Numbered from the stretch's first letter, positions 38,432 through 48,453 are shown. The stretch: 64,000 nucleotides of DNA from an uncultured Bacilli bacterium (GCA_934122275.1 CAKOWI010000007.1:2466-66465); one strand, 5' to 3'. The notes: generated from the letters alone by a model not told the origin. Program-made: numbers and translations.

Positions 38432-38596
38432 CTAAACCTTTATGTATGGCTTAAATAATTCATAACCAAAGAAGTATAAAATAATAGTTAGTAAGATTAG
38501 AATAATAAGTGATATATATATACCTAGCATAAATTTATCCTTTTTTTTAGTACTAGTAACATTATCAGATACATCAATAAGTTCAAAATCATCCAT
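38432..38596 (-). CDS. Small single-pass membrane protein (54 aa)
   Basis: Below the track threshold. Product: MDDFELIDVSDNVTSTKKKDKFMLGIYISLIILILLTIILYFFGYELFKPYIKV. It starts 1 nt after the upstream stop and ends 7 nt before the sortase ATG. Confidence 0.5.
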   Translation of the reverse strand: MDDFELIDVSDNVTSTKKKDKFMLGIYISLIILILLTIILYFFGYELFKPYIKV

Positions 38597-38597
38597 G

Positions 38598-40457
38598 TTA
38601 TTCACCAGCTTTTCCTAAAGTATGTATTAATTTACCATCATAATTATAATATTCATCTTTTACTATTATATAGTTATCATGTGTTTCATATTCAGTATTA
38701 AAGGAAGTTAACTTAATTTCATTTAAATCCTTGTTTGTAATTATAAGATCAAGTGTATTAGTTGATGCCTTAAATACTGGATAATCAGCATTAAATTCTA
38801 TATTATTATAATATGTTTTACTTACCTTTTTACCCTTAGAATTATATAATATATATCTATTTTCCTTTTTAGCAGCATAAAATACTGCTTTAGATTCAGA
38901 AGATAATTTTAATTTAACGTTTTCACTTATAGACTTAATTTCATTATATTCAAAGCCTAGTTTTGTCTTTCCATCTTTACTAATAACACCATATCCACTT
39001 TCTTTTTTAGCTACTGCATCACCATAACTATCAAACTCACCAGCTTCTATATACCTATCATCATTTATGAAATTACCGCTTTCATTTATGTATGCATATT
39101 TACCATCATCTAATTTTAATACTGCAAATCCATTCTTAAAACCTTTATATACTTCATAATTACCATCTATTGTTTTAAATTCTTTACCATTTTTTATTAA
39201 CACTATTTCATTAAAGTTCTTCTTATAATTTCTTCTAATATACATAAATACATTATCGCCCTCAAAAGCTTCAGTATTATTTAATCCTTTTTTTATCTGT
39301 TCTAAAGAACTTGTACTAATAAATTCATATCCATATTTATCATTTATAGCTTTAATTACACCAGATGTAATGGATTTTACTGACATGCTCTTATAACTTT
39401 CAGATTCAACTAATACTTTATCATCTTGAACATACATATACTTTTTAGAAGAATTTTTTGTAATCTCATAAAAAACATTATTATCTTCAGCTACTATCTT
39501 ATTAAGAGTTGGAGAAGAAGATGACTTACCTGTTTCTAAATTAACTATCTGTGATGTTTTATTTACAGTTACAACACCATATGGTATAACACCATCACTA
39601 ACATTTGACTTATTAACCTTTATAACTTTACTATCATTATTAGTTAATTTATACGTAAAAATTTCTTTACCATTAGAATTAATAATACCTACAGTATTTT
39701 CATTAACAAATGAATAAATGTTTCCCAAATAATTAATAGAGTCATAATTAAAAGGAATTATCTCTCTTAAATTAGGATCTAATACACCATACTTAAGTCC
39801 AGCTTTAGTAGCCTTTGAGCAGATAATATTTTTATCAGCTCTGTAAATTGAAAAATACGTACCACTTGGAACAACTTCCTTACCTCCTTTATTAATTATA
39901 AGAGGTAAATTAGATGAATTTCTAACAATAGCATATCCATTAACAAAGTCTTCAGCATATATATACTTTGGATTAACTACCTTTTCGCCATAACTATCAA
40001 TATAACCATACTTATCATTTTGAATAATCTTTATTGGCTGATTATCACTTCCATAAACTTTTAAATCATTAAGAATATTACCAGTTTTAGTAATAAAAAA
40101 CTCAAATCCAATAAGCATAATTATAACAACATAAAGCATAGATTTTTTTACTATTAAACGTGTTTTTGCACTCTTTATTTTAAAATCCTTTATAGAAGGT
40201 TTATATTCTTCTAACTTATTTGCATTTATACTTATGTTATTATCATTATTATTTTCTAAAACTTTATTTAAATCTTCGGAGGTCTTTTCTTCTGTTACTG
40301 AAAAGTCTAACAGCTTATCTATTTCAGATGATACTTTTTTTTCTACATCAAAATCTAGAGTTTCTACGTCATTATCAAAATCCAAAGTAGTAGTATTTTC
40401 AAAGTCATCACTAATATCTAACATTTCAATGTCTTCTTTTTTGTTACTATCATCCAT
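38598..40457 (-). CDS. Membrane-anchored WG-repeat protein (acidic N-terminus, 1 TM helix, extracytoplasmic WG/KWG-type repeats)
   Basis: Repeated DKYGYID..G..V..P.Y..A..F..G.A.V units. Confidence 0.7.
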   Translation of the reverse strand: MDDSNKKEDIEMLDISDDFENTTTLDFDNDVETLDFDVEKKVSSEIDKLLDFSVTEEKTSEDLNKVLENNNDNNISINANKLEEYKPSIKDFKIKSAKTRLIVKKSMLYVVIIMLIGFEFFITKTGNILNDLKVYGSDNQPIKIIQNDKYGYIDSYGEKVVNPKYIYAEDFVNGYAIVRNSSNLPLIINKGGKEVVPSGTYFSIYRADKNIICSKATKAGLKYGVLDPNLREIIPFNYDSINYLGNIYSFVNENTVGIINSNGKEIFTYKLTNNDSKVIKVNKSNVSDGVIPYGVVTVNKTSQIVNLETGKSSSSPTLNKIVAEDNNVFYEITKNSSKKYMYVQDDKVLVESESYKSMSVKSITSGVIKAINDKYGYEFISTSSLEQIKKGLNNTEAFEGDNVFMYIRRNYKKNFNEIVLIKNGKEFKTIDGNYEVYKGFKNGFAVLKLDDGKYAYINESGNFINDDRYIEAGEFDSYGDAVAKKESGYGVISKDGKTKLGFEYNEIKSISENVKLKLSSESKAVFYAAKKENRYILYNSKGKKVSKTYYNNIEFNADYPVFKASTNTLDLIITNKDLNEIKLTSFNTEYETHDNYIIVKDEYYNYDGKLIHTLGKAGE

Positions 40458-40555
40458 CGTCTATCCCTCCTTATAATTTAATTTTATAATAAAAACGTCT
40501 AAAGTTCAAGATTACACCTATCTTTATGTAAATAACTTTACTATTATTTTATAAC

Positions 40556-40583
40556 AAAAAAAGCTAGTGAATTAACACTAGCT
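40556..40583 (-). terminator. Terminator after obg
   Basis: AGCTAGTG-TTAATT-CACTAGCT followed by T7. Confidence 0.7.
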
Positions 40584-40584
40584 T

Positions 40585-41856
40585 TTATTCTTTAAATTCA
40601 AATATTAAATCCATAATTTGAACCCTATCACCGTATTTTGCACCCATTTCTAACAACTTATCATCAATACCCATTGCTCTTAATTTCCTTGCAAAACGTA
40701 TAGCACCTTCATCAGTAAACTTTGTCATTAAAAATAGTTTTTCAACTTCTTTACCACTTACAACATAAATACCTTCTTCATCTTTAGTAATAGTAAATGG
40801 TTGTTCTTTTTTGAACTTATAAAGTACATGTGATTCAAAAGTTTCTTCATCAAATAATGGAGTTTTTTTTATTTTATCTAGTTCATCTGCTATTGCAACC
40901 AATGCCTTGTCTATTCCTTCAGACTTAATCGCACTAATTTCGTAAACTATAACGTTATATTTTTCCTTAAATTTCTTTAAGTTTTCCTTTGCACCGTCTA
41001 AATCCATCTTATTTGCTATAATAACTTGTGGTTTATCCATTAATTTTTCATTAAAATCTTTTAGTTCTTTATTTATAGTTTCATAATCATCAATTGGGTT
41101 TCTTCCTTCTGATCCAGACATATCAATAATATGTGCAATTACACGTGTTCTTTCTATGTGTTTTAAAAACTTATCTCCTAATCCTTCACCTAATGATGCT
41201 CCTTTAATTAGTCCAGGTAAATCAGCTGCAACAAAAGTTCTTCCATCAATTGTTCTTACAACACCTAAATTAGGTGATAAAGTAGTAAAATGATATGCTG
41301 CTATTTTAGGCTTTGATGCAGATATTTTTGATAATAAAGTTGATTTGCCAACTGAAGGCATACCAACAAATCCAACGTCTGCTAGCAATCTTAACTCCAC
41401 TTTTAAAGTTTTTTCTTCACCAGGTTCACCATGCTCAGAAAAATCTGGTGCAGGATTACTACTAGTAGCAAAAGCAGTATTACCACGTCCACCTCTTCCG
41501 CCTTTAGCAACTACTACACTATCATTTTCACGAGTAAGATCTGCAATAATGTATCCTGTATCCATATCCCTTACAGTAGTTCCAACAGGAACTTTAATTA
41601 TTACATCATCTGCTCCCTTACCATTCATGTTTTTCCCCATTCCGTTTGCACCCTTTGGAGCTTTTATTAACTTGTTATATCTTAAATCCAGCAACGTTCT
41701 AAGACCTAAATCCGTTTTAAATATAATCGATGCACCACGTCCACCATTGCCTCCAAAAGGTCCTCCATCAGGAACAAACTTTTCTCTTCTAAAAGCAGTA
41801 CATCCATCCCCACCATTACCAGCTTTAACTTTAATAATGACTTCATCTACAAACAT
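40585..41856 (-). CDS. obg: GTPase Obg/CgtA
   Basis: [16 protein letters not shown], Gly-rich Obg fold, G1 GMPSVGKST, and a C-terminal OCT domain. Confidence 0.95.
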   Translation of the reverse strand: MFVDEVIIKVKAGNGGDGCTAFRREKFVPDGGPFGGNGGRGASIIFKTDLGLRTLLDLRYNKLIKAPKGANGMGKNMNGKGADDVIIKVPVGTTVRDMDTGYIIADLTRENDSVVVAKGGRGGRGNTAFATSSNPAPDFSEHGEPGEEKTLKVELRLLADVGFVGMPSVGKSTLLSKISASKPKIAAYHFTTLSPNLGVVRTIDGRTFVAADLPGLIKGASLGEGLGDKFLKHIERTRVIAHIIDMSGSEGRNPIDDYETINKELKDFNEKLMDKPQVIIANKMDLDGAKENLKKFKEKYNVIVYEISAIKSEGIDKALVAIADELDKIKKTPLFDEETFESHVLYKFKKEQPFTITKDEEGIYVVSGKEVEKLFLMTKFTDEGAIRFARKLRAMGIDDKLLEMGAKYGDRVQIMDLIFEFKE

Positions 41857-41873
41857 AAAATCACCTTCCTACA

Positions 41874-42512
41874 TTAATTTTTAAAACTAGCATCTACATA
41901 ATATATTTGTCTATGTTCTTTATAATATTGTTTCTCAAAATCAGTCATAATATTCTCTATTTTTCTCTCATCATTATGTAAATCTAAACTCACCTTATCA
42001 AAAACATACCAATAATTACTTAAACTTTCTAAAGCAGATGCAAATAATATCTTATTATCAGTTTTTAAAATTATATGCTTATTTTTCTTAAATACCCTAT
42101 CATATAATTTTAAATAACTCTCATGAGTAAATCTTCTTCTCTCATCCTGTTTTTTAGGCCATGGTTCAGAAAAAGTTAGATATATTGTATCAATTTCCTT
42201 TCCAAAATAATAAGCAATGTTAGAAGCATCAGCACAAATAATTTTTAAATTCTTTAATGAATAACTATTTGCATTTGTTAATGCAGTAGCAGTTTGAGAT
42301 CTATCAAGTTCCAAACCTATATAATTAATATTTGGATGTTTCTTTGCCATTTCAATTATAAAACTACCACGTCCCATACCAAGTTCCAAACATATTGGAT
42401 TATTATTATTAAAAAGTTCTTTCCATTTACCCTTATATTTTTCTGGATTCTTAATATAATATGTACTTGAATCAATTATTTCATTAGCATTTTTAACAAC
42501 ATTATAACGCAT
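41874..42512 (-). CDS. trmB: tRNA (guanine46-N7)-methyltransferase
   Basis: LELGMGRG.F, FSEPWPKK and RR motifs. ATG 42512 follows RBS AGAGGTGA. Confidence 0.9.
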   Translation of the reverse strand: MRYNVVKNANEIIDSSTYYIKNPEKYKGKWKELFNNNNPICLELGMGRGSFIIEMAKKHPNINYIGLELDRSQTATALTNANSYSLKNLKIICADASNIAYYFGKEIDTIYLTFSEPWPKKQDERRRFTHESYLKLYDRVFKKNKHIILKTDNKILFASALESLSNYWYVFDKVSLDLHNDERKIENIMTDFEKQYYKEHRQIYYVDASFKN

Positions 42513-42566
42513 AAAATCACCTCTAACCCATTTTACCACATAATATAAAATAATAAAACTTGTTAA

Positions 42567-42604
42567 TTAAAAAAGTATGAAAATTGATTAATTCATACTT
42601 TTTT
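42567..42604 (-). terminator. Terminator after WG paralogue 1 (overlaps its stop codon)
   Basis: AAAAAGTATGA..TCATACTTTTT. Confidence 0.5.
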
Positions 42605-44306
42605 TGTAACAGTCATTAAACTCTTTTACTACATCATCTGTATAAGAATCATTTATTTTTAAAATATCTTTTTTTGCATTTTCTATAAGTATTCTAGTTT
42701 CTTCATCTTTACTTTTGCTTCTTTCCGTAACGTATGAATTTATAGTATTAAAAAATTCATTCGCTTCATTTTCATTGGAAAACTGCCCTTTTATCGTTTT
42801 TCCTTGTAATTCTACTGATACTCCATATGTAGGATTATTAATATCTAGGATGTAACAACTATCATCTTTCTCAACTAATACAAGATTTTCACTAAATGAA
42901 AATGCATTATCATAAACCGGTTTTACTACTACTTCTTCTTTTTTATTTATAAAGCCATATTTTCCATCTTTTTTAATAATTGCCAAACCTTCGGAAAAAT
43001 CATAAACATCATCATAAACTGGTTTTATGACTTCTTCCACTTTTTTATTTATAAATCCATATTTTCCATCTTTTTTAATAATTGCCAAACCTTCGGAAAA
43101 ATCATAAACATAATCATAAACTGGTTTTATGACTTCTTTCTCTTTTTTGTTTATAAAGCCATATTTTCCATCTTTTTTAACACTAACTAAGTCTTTAGAG
43201 AAGACATCAACGATATAATAAGCTGGTTTTATCACTTCTTTTCCTTCTTTGTTTATAAAACCGCTCATGTTATATTTTTTTACCAAAGCCAACCCGTCTG
43301 AAAATCTACCAACATCATCATAAACTGGTTTAATTACTTCTTTTCCTTCTTTGTTTATAAAACCATACTTACCATCTTTTTTAACACCTGCTAAACCTTC
43401 GGAAAAGTTATTAGCATCATCATAAACTGGTTTTATTACTTCTTCTCCTTTTTTATTTATAAAGCCGTATTTTCCATCTTTTTCAATCCAAGCTAAATCT
43501 TCGGAAAAGTTACCAACATCACCATAAACCGGTTTTATTACTTCTTTTCCTTCTTTGTTTACAAAACCAAACCTGAAATCTTTGTAAACACGTACAAAAC
43601 CTTCTGAGAAGTTACCAGCACCATTATAAATTGGTTTTACTACTTCTTTTCCCTCCTTATTTATAAAACCATACTTACCATCTTTTTTAACACATGCCAA
43701 ACCTTCAAAAAAATCACCAATATCATAATAAACTGGTTTTACTACTTCTTTTCCTTCTTTGTTTACAAAACCACACTTACCATTTTTATTAACCTTAGCT
43801 AAACCGTCAGAAAAGTCATGAACCCAATCATAAACTGGTTTTACTATTTCTTCTCCTTTTTTATTTATAAAGCCACATTTATTTGTAAAGCCACATTTCC
43901 CATCTTTATAAACACTTGCTAAGCCCTCATGAAACCAACCAATAGAACTATAAATTGGTTTTACTGCTACTTCTTCTCCTTTTTTATTTATAAAGCCACA
44001 TTTTCCATCTTTTTTAACACTTGCTAAACCTTCGGAAAAGTTACCAACATAATCATAAACTGGTTTTACTACTTCTTCGCCTTTTTCATTTATGAAGCCA
44101 AGTTTTCCATCTTTTTTAACCCTTGCTAAACCGTCTGAAAAGTCATCAACCCGATCATAAACAGGTTTTACCACTTCTTCTCCTTCTTTGTTTATAAAGC
44201 CATATTTTCCATCCTTTTTAACAAGTATTAAAAACCCATTGAATTTCTCAATATTATCATAATTATCTAATTTTTTTCCAATATATTTTTTAACAATAGT
44301 CTCCAT
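42588..44306 (-). CDS. Cytoplasmic WG-repeat protein, tandem paralogue 1
   Basis: About 13 x 34-aa units DGK(Y/C)GFINKEGKEV(V/I)KPVYDxVxxFSEGLAxVKK, plus a ~110-aa non-repeat C-terminal domain. ATG 44306 follows RBS AAGGAGA. No signal peptide. Confidence 0.75.
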   Translation of the reverse strand: METIVKKYIGKKLDNYDNIEKFNGFLILVKKDGKYGFINKEGEEVVKPVYDRVDDFSDGLARVKKDGKLGFINEKGEEVVKPVYDYVGNFSEGLASVKKDGKCGFINKKGEEVAVKPIYSSIGWFHEGLASVYKDGKCGFTNKCGFINKKGEEIVKPVYDWVHDFSDGLAKVNKNGKCGFVNKEGKEVVKPVYYDIGDFFEGLACVKKDGKYGFINKEGKEVVKPIYNGAGNFSEGFVRVYKDFRFGFVNKEGKEVIKPVYGDVGNFSEDLAWIEKDGKYGFINKKGEEVIKPVYDDANNFSEGLAGVKKDGKYGFINKEGKEVIKPVYDDVGRFSDGLALVKKYNMSGFINKEGKEVIKPAYYIVDVFSKDLVSVKKDGKYGFINKKEKEVIKPVYDYVYDFSEGLAIIKKDGKYGFINKKVEEVIKPVYDDVYDFSEGLAIIKKDGKYGFINKKEEVVVKPVYDNAFSFSENLVLVEKDDSCYILDINNPTYGVSVELQGKTIKGQFSNENEANEFFNTINSYVTERSKSKDEETRILIENAKKDILKINDSYTDDVVKEFNDCYKKSMN

Positions 44307-44335
44307 AACGTTTCTCCTTTTAATTTGATACAATT

Positions 44336-44363
44336 ATTATATTTATTTATAAACGTTTGTCAA
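44336..44363 (-). promoter_or_regulatory. Consensus sigma-A promoter of WG paralogue 1
   Basis: TTGACA, 16 nt spacer, TATAAT. Confidence 0.7.
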
Positions 44364-44431
44364 TTTAAAATTTTTAACCATGAATTTTAATTTCTACTGT
44401 TATGTAAGAAAACTAAATAAGTTTTAAAGAG

Positions 44432-44454
44432 AAAAAAATCCGTTAAAAAACGGA
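44432..44454 (-). terminator. Terminator after WG paralogue 2
   Basis: TCCGTT-TTTT-AACGGA followed by T7. Confidence 0.7.
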
Positions 44455-44477
44455 CTTTAGTCTAAACATTTATCAAT

Positions 44478-46169
44478 TCATACTTTTTTGTAACAGTTAT
44501 TAAATTCTTTTTCTACATCATCTGTATAAGAATCATTTATTTTTAAAATAGCTTTTTGTGCGTTTTCTATAAGTATTCTAGTTTCTTCATCTTTACTTTT
44601 GCTTCTTTCCACAACGTATGAATTTATAGTATTAAAAAATTCATTTGCTTCATTTTCATTAGAAAATTGTCTTCTTGTTGTTTTTCCTTGTAACTCTATC
44701 GATACTTCATATGTAGGATTGTTAATATCTAGGATGTACCAACTATCATCTTTCTTAACTAATACAAGATTTTCACTAAAGGAAAATACACCATCATAAA
44801 CTAATTTTACTACTTCTTTTCCTTCTTTGTCTGCAAAACCGTACTTACCATTTTTTTCAACACAAGCTAAACCTTCTGAAAAGTTACCAACATAATCATA
44901 AACTAGTTCTACTACTTCTTTTCCTTCTTTATTTACAAAACCACACTTGTCATATTTTTTAACACGTGCTAAACCTTCGGAAAAACCATAAACACCATCA
45001 TAAACTGGTGTTATTACTTCTTCCCCTTTTTTATTTATAAAGCCATATTTTCCATCTTTTTTAATCCCAGCTAAACCTTCGGAAAAGTTACCAACATAAT
45101 CATAAACTGGTTTTACTACTTCTTTTCCACCTTTGCTTACAAAACCATACTTACCATTTTTTTCAACATAAGCTAAACCTTCTGAAAAGCCACCAATATA
45201 ATCATAAACTGGTTTTATCACTTCTTTTCCATCTTTACTTACAAAACCATACTTACCATTTTTTTCAACACAAGCTAAACCTTCTGAAAAGCCACCAATA
45301 TAATCATAAACTGGTTTTATGATTTTTTTCCCTTCTTTATTTATAAAACCACGTTTGTCCCTTTTTAAAACCCGAGCCAATCCCTCGGAAAAGTTACCAG
45401 CAAATTTATAAACTGATTTTATCACTTGTTTTCCTTCTTTATTTATAAAGCCATATTTTCCACCTTTTTTAACGCAAGCTAATTCCTCGGAAAATTTACA
45501 AGCATAATCATAAACTGGTTTTATCACTTCTTTTCCATCTTTGCTTACAAAACCATACTTACCATTTTTTTCAACACAAGCTAAACCTTCTGAAAAACAA
45601 TAAACTTTATCATAAACTGGTTTTATGATTTTTTTTCCTTCTTTATTTATAAAACCACATTTGCCCCTTTTTTCAACACGTACTAAACCTTCGGAAAAGT
45701 CACCAACATCATCATAAACTGGTTTTATCACTTCTTTTCCTTCTTTGTTTATAAAGCCATATTTTCCATCTTTTTTAACACAAGCTAACCCTTCTGAAAA
45801 ACTATAAACTTTATCATAAACCGGTTTTACTACCTCTTCTCCTTTTTCATTTATAAAGCCATATTTTCCATCTTTTTTAACACTTGCTAAACCTTCGGAA
45901 AAGTTACCAACATAATCATAAACTGGTTTTACTACTTCTTCGCCTTTTTCATTTATGAAGCCAAGTTTTCCATCTTTTTTAACCCTTGCTAAACCGTCTG
46001 AAAAGTCATCAACCCGATCATAAACAGGTTTTACCACTTCTTCTCCTTCTTTGTTTATAAAGCCATATTTTCCATCCTTTTTAACAAGTATTAAAAACCC
46101 ATTGAATTTCTCAATATTATCATAATTATCTAATTTTTTTCCAATATATTTTTTAACAATAGTCTCCAT
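44478..46169 (-). CDS. Cytoplasmic WG-repeat protein, tandem paralogue 2
   Basis: 13 hand-counted 34-aa units. The 5' 307 nt of the CDS (ATG 46169 down to nt 45863) are identical to paralogue 1. Confidence 0.75.
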   Translation of the reverse strand: METIVKKYIGKKLDNYDNIEKFNGFLILVKKDGKYGFINKEGEEVVKPVYDRVDDFSDGLARVKKDGKLGFINEKGEEVVKPVYDYVGNFSEGLASVKKDGKYGFINEKGEEVVKPVYDKVYSFSEGLACVKKDGKYGFINKEGKEVIKPVYDDVGDFSEGLVRVEKRGKCGFINKEGKKIIKPVYDKVYCFSEGLACVEKNGKYGFVSKDGKEVIKPVYDYACKFSEELACVKKGGKYGFINKEGKQVIKSVYKFAGNFSEGLARVLKRDKRGFINKEGKKIIKPVYDYIGGFSEGLACVEKNGKYGFVSKDGKEVIKPVYDYIGGFSEGLAYVEKNGKYGFVSKGGKEVVKPVYDYVGNFSEGLAGIKKDGKYGFINKKGEEVITPVYDGVYGFSEGLARVKKYDKCGFVNKEGKEVVELVYDYVGNFSEGLACVEKNGKYGFADKEGKEVVKLVYDGVFSFSENLVLVKKDDSWYILDINNPTYEVSIELQGKTTRRQFSNENEANEFFNTINSYVVERSKSKDEETRILIENAQKAILKINDSYTDDVEKEFNNCYKKV

Positions 46170-46198
46170 AACGTTTCTCCTTTTAATTTGATACAATT

Positions 46199-46226
46199 AT
46201 TATATTTATTTATAAACGTTTGTCAA
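46199..46226 (-). promoter_or_regulatory. Consensus sigma-A promoter of WG paralogue 2
   Basis: TTGACA, 16 nt spacer, TATAAT. Confidence 0.7.
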
Positions 46227-46294
46227 TTTAAAATTTTTAACCATGAATTTTAATTTCTACTGTTATGTAAGAAAACTAAATAAGTTTTAAAGAG

Positions 46295-46317
46295 AAAAAA
46301 ATCCGTTAAAAAACGGA
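46295..46317 (-). terminator. Terminator after WG paralogue 3
   Basis: TCCGTT-TTTT-AACGGA followed by T7. Confidence 0.7.
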
Positions 46318-46340
46318 CTTTAGTCTAAACATTTATCAAT

Positions 46341-48059
46341 TCATACTTTTTTGTAACAGTTATTAAATTCTTTTTCTACATCATCTGTATAAGAATCATT
46401 TATTTTTAAAATATCTTTTTTTGCATTTTCTATAAGTAACTCTTTTTTTCGTGTTTCTTCATTTTTAATTTGATTTCTTTTTGCAATATATGAATTTATG
46501 GCATTGAAAAATTCATTTGCTTCATTTTCATTGGAAAACTGTCTTATTATTGTTTTTCCTTGTAATTCTACTGATACTTCATATGTAGGATTATTAATAT
46601 CTAGAATATGCCAACTATCATTTTTCTTAACTAATACAAGATTTTCACTAAAGGAAAAAGCATCATCATAAACTAATTTTACTACTTCTTTTCCTTCTTT
46701 GTTTATAAAGCCATATTTTCCATCCTTTTTAACCTTGGCTAAACCTTCTGAAAATTTATAAACATCATCATAAACCGGTTTTACTACTTCTTTTCCTTCC
46801 TTATTTATAAAACCACACTTACCATCTTTTTCAACACCGGCTAAACCTTCAAAAAAGTTACCAATCCAATAATAAACCGGCTTTACTACTTCTTTTCCTT
46901 CCTTATTTATAAAACCGCACTTATCATTTTTATAAACCTTAGCTAAACCGTTAAAAAAGTCATAAACCCAATCATAAATTGGTTTTATCACTTCTTTTCC
47001 TTCTTTATTTATAAAGCCATATTTTTTATCCTTTTTAACCTTAGCTAAACCTTCGAAAAAGTTACCAACATCATCATTAAAAACAAAATTTATTATTTCT
47101 TTTCCTTCCTTATTTATAAAGCTCTGTTTGACACCTTTTCTAACATGTGCTAAACCTCCAGAAAAATTATCAGCACTATCATAAACTGGTTTTATGATTT
47201 TTTTTCCTTCTTTATTTATAAAACCACATTTACCCCTTTTTTCAACACGTGCTAAACCTTCGGAAAAGTCACCAACATCATCATAAACTGGTTTTATTAC
47301 TTCTTCTCCTTCTCTATTTATAAAACCACATTTACCCCCTTTTAAAACCCAAGCTAAACCCTCGGAAAAGTTACCAACCAATCTATAAACCGGTTTCACT
47401 ACTTCTTTTCCTTCTTTGTTTATAAAACCATACTTGCCCATTTTTTTAACCTTGGCTAACCCGTCTGAAAAGTTGCCAACCTCATCATAAACTAATTTTA
47501 CTATTTCTTTTTCTTTTTTATTTATAAAGCCATATTTTTCATCTTTTTCACCCTCGGCTAACCCGTCTGAAAAGTCATAAAAATAATCATAAACTGGTTT
47601 TATGACTTCTTTTCCTTCCCTGTTTATAAAACCAAATTTACCATATTTCTTAACCTTAACTAAATCTTCTGAAAATTTACCAATATAATCATAAACTGGT
47701 TTTACTACTTCTTCTCCTTCTTTATTTACAAAACCATACTTGCCCATTTTTTTAACCTTGGCTAACCCGTCTGAAAAGTTGCCAACCTCATCATAAACTA
47801 GTTTTACTACCTCTTCTCCTTTTTCATTTATAAAGCCATATTTTTCACCTTTTTTAACACGTGCTAAACCTTCGCAAAAGCCATAAACATAATTATAAGC
47901 ACGATCATAAACTGGTTTTACTACTTCTTCTCCTTCTTTATTTACAAAACCATACTTGCCATCTTTTTTAACAAGTAATAAAAACTCATTGAATTTCTCA
48001 ATATTATCATAATTATCTAATACTTTTTTTCCGATATATTTTTTAACAATAGTCCCCAT
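46341..48059 (-). CDS. Cytoplasmic WG-repeat protein, tandem paralogue 3 (most diverged)
   Basis: Same architecture as paralogues 1 and 2. Start at ATG 48059. Confidence 0.75.
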   Translation of the reverse strand: MGTIVKKYIGKKVLDNYDNIEKFNEFLLLVKKDGKYGFVNKEGEEVVKPVYDRAYNYVYGFCEGLARVKKGEKYGFINEKGEEVVKLVYDEVGNFSDGLAKVKKMGKYGFVNKEGEEVVKPVYDYIGKFSEDLVKVKKYGKFGFINREGKEVIKPVYDYFYDFSDGLAEGEKDEKYGFINKKEKEIVKLVYDEVGNFSDGLAKVKKMGKYGFINKEGKEVVKPVYRLVGNFSEGLAWVLKGGKCGFINREGEEVIKPVYDDVGDFSEGLARVEKRGKCGFINKEGKKIIKPVYDSADNFSGGLAHVRKGVKQSFINKEGKEIINFVFNDDVGNFFEGLAKVKKDKKYGFINKEGKEVIKPIYDWVYDFFNGLAKVYKNDKCGFINKEGKEVVKPVYYWIGNFFEGLAGVEKDGKCGFINKEGKEVVKPVYDDVYKFSEGLAKVKKDGKYGFINKEGKEVVKLVYDDAFSFSENLVLVKKNDSWHILDINNPTYEVSVELQGKTIIRQFSNENEANEFFNAINSYIAKRNQIKNEETRKKELLIENAKKDILKINDSYTDDVEKEFNNCYKKV

Positions 48060-48088
48060 AACATTTCTCCTTTTAATTTTATACAACT

Positions 48089-48116
48089 ATTATATCTATT
48101 TATAAACGTTTGTCAA
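48089..48116 (-). promoter_or_regulatory. Consensus sigma-A promoter of WG paralogue 3
   Basis: TTGACA, 16 nt spacer, TATAAT. Confidence 0.7.
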
Positions 48117-48129
48117 TTTAAAATGTTTA

Positions 48130-48158
48130 AAAAAAAATATCATCAATAAGATGATATT
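48130..48158 (-). terminator. Terminator after rpmA
   Basis: ATATCATC-TTATT-GATGATAT followed by T7 on the minus strand. Overlaps the stop codon. Confidence 0.65.
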
Positions 48159-48438
48159 ATTTTGTTTCATAAACGCTAACTTGTTTTTTATCTCTACCTT
48201 TACGTTCAAATTTAACGTATCCAGTAATTTTAGCATATAAAGTGTGATCTACACCCATTCCAACATTAGTGCCTGGATAAATTTTAGTTCCTCTTTGACG
48301 ATATATAATTGATCCTGCATTTATTAATTCACCATCAGCTGCTTTCGCACCTAATCTTCTACCTTCTGAATCACGTCCATTATGAGTTGAACCTTGTGCT
48401 TTAACATGGGCAAATAATTGGATTTGTAACTTAAGCAT
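48157..48438 (-). CDS. rpmA: 50S ribosomal protein L27 (with an N-terminal propeptide)
   Basis: [10 protein letters not shown]|[20 protein letters not shown]. Confidence 0.95.
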   Translation of the reverse strand: MLKLQIQLFAHVKAQGSTHNGRDSEGRRLGAKAADGELINAGSIIYRQRGTKIYPGTNVGMGVDHTLYAKITGYVKFERKGRDKKQVSVYETK

Positions 48439-48453
48439 AAGTTTGCCTCCTAT

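Larger units (their letters stand above)
44000..44550 (-). repeat. 551-bp perfect direct repeat, copy 1
   Basis: Identical by eye to 45863..46413. It covers a 5' coding part, RBS, promoter, upstream terminator and the last 73 nt of the upstream gene. Confidence 0.85.
45863..46413 (-). repeat. 551-bp perfect direct repeat, copy 2
   Basis: Offset of 1863 nt from copy 1. Confidence 0.85.

Noticed and set aside
41345-41884. A 179-aa plus-strand ORF (and 41431..41670) opposite obg.
   Set aside because: It is antisense to the Gly-rich Obg fold, which produces a Pro-rich mirror ORF. obg is unambiguous.
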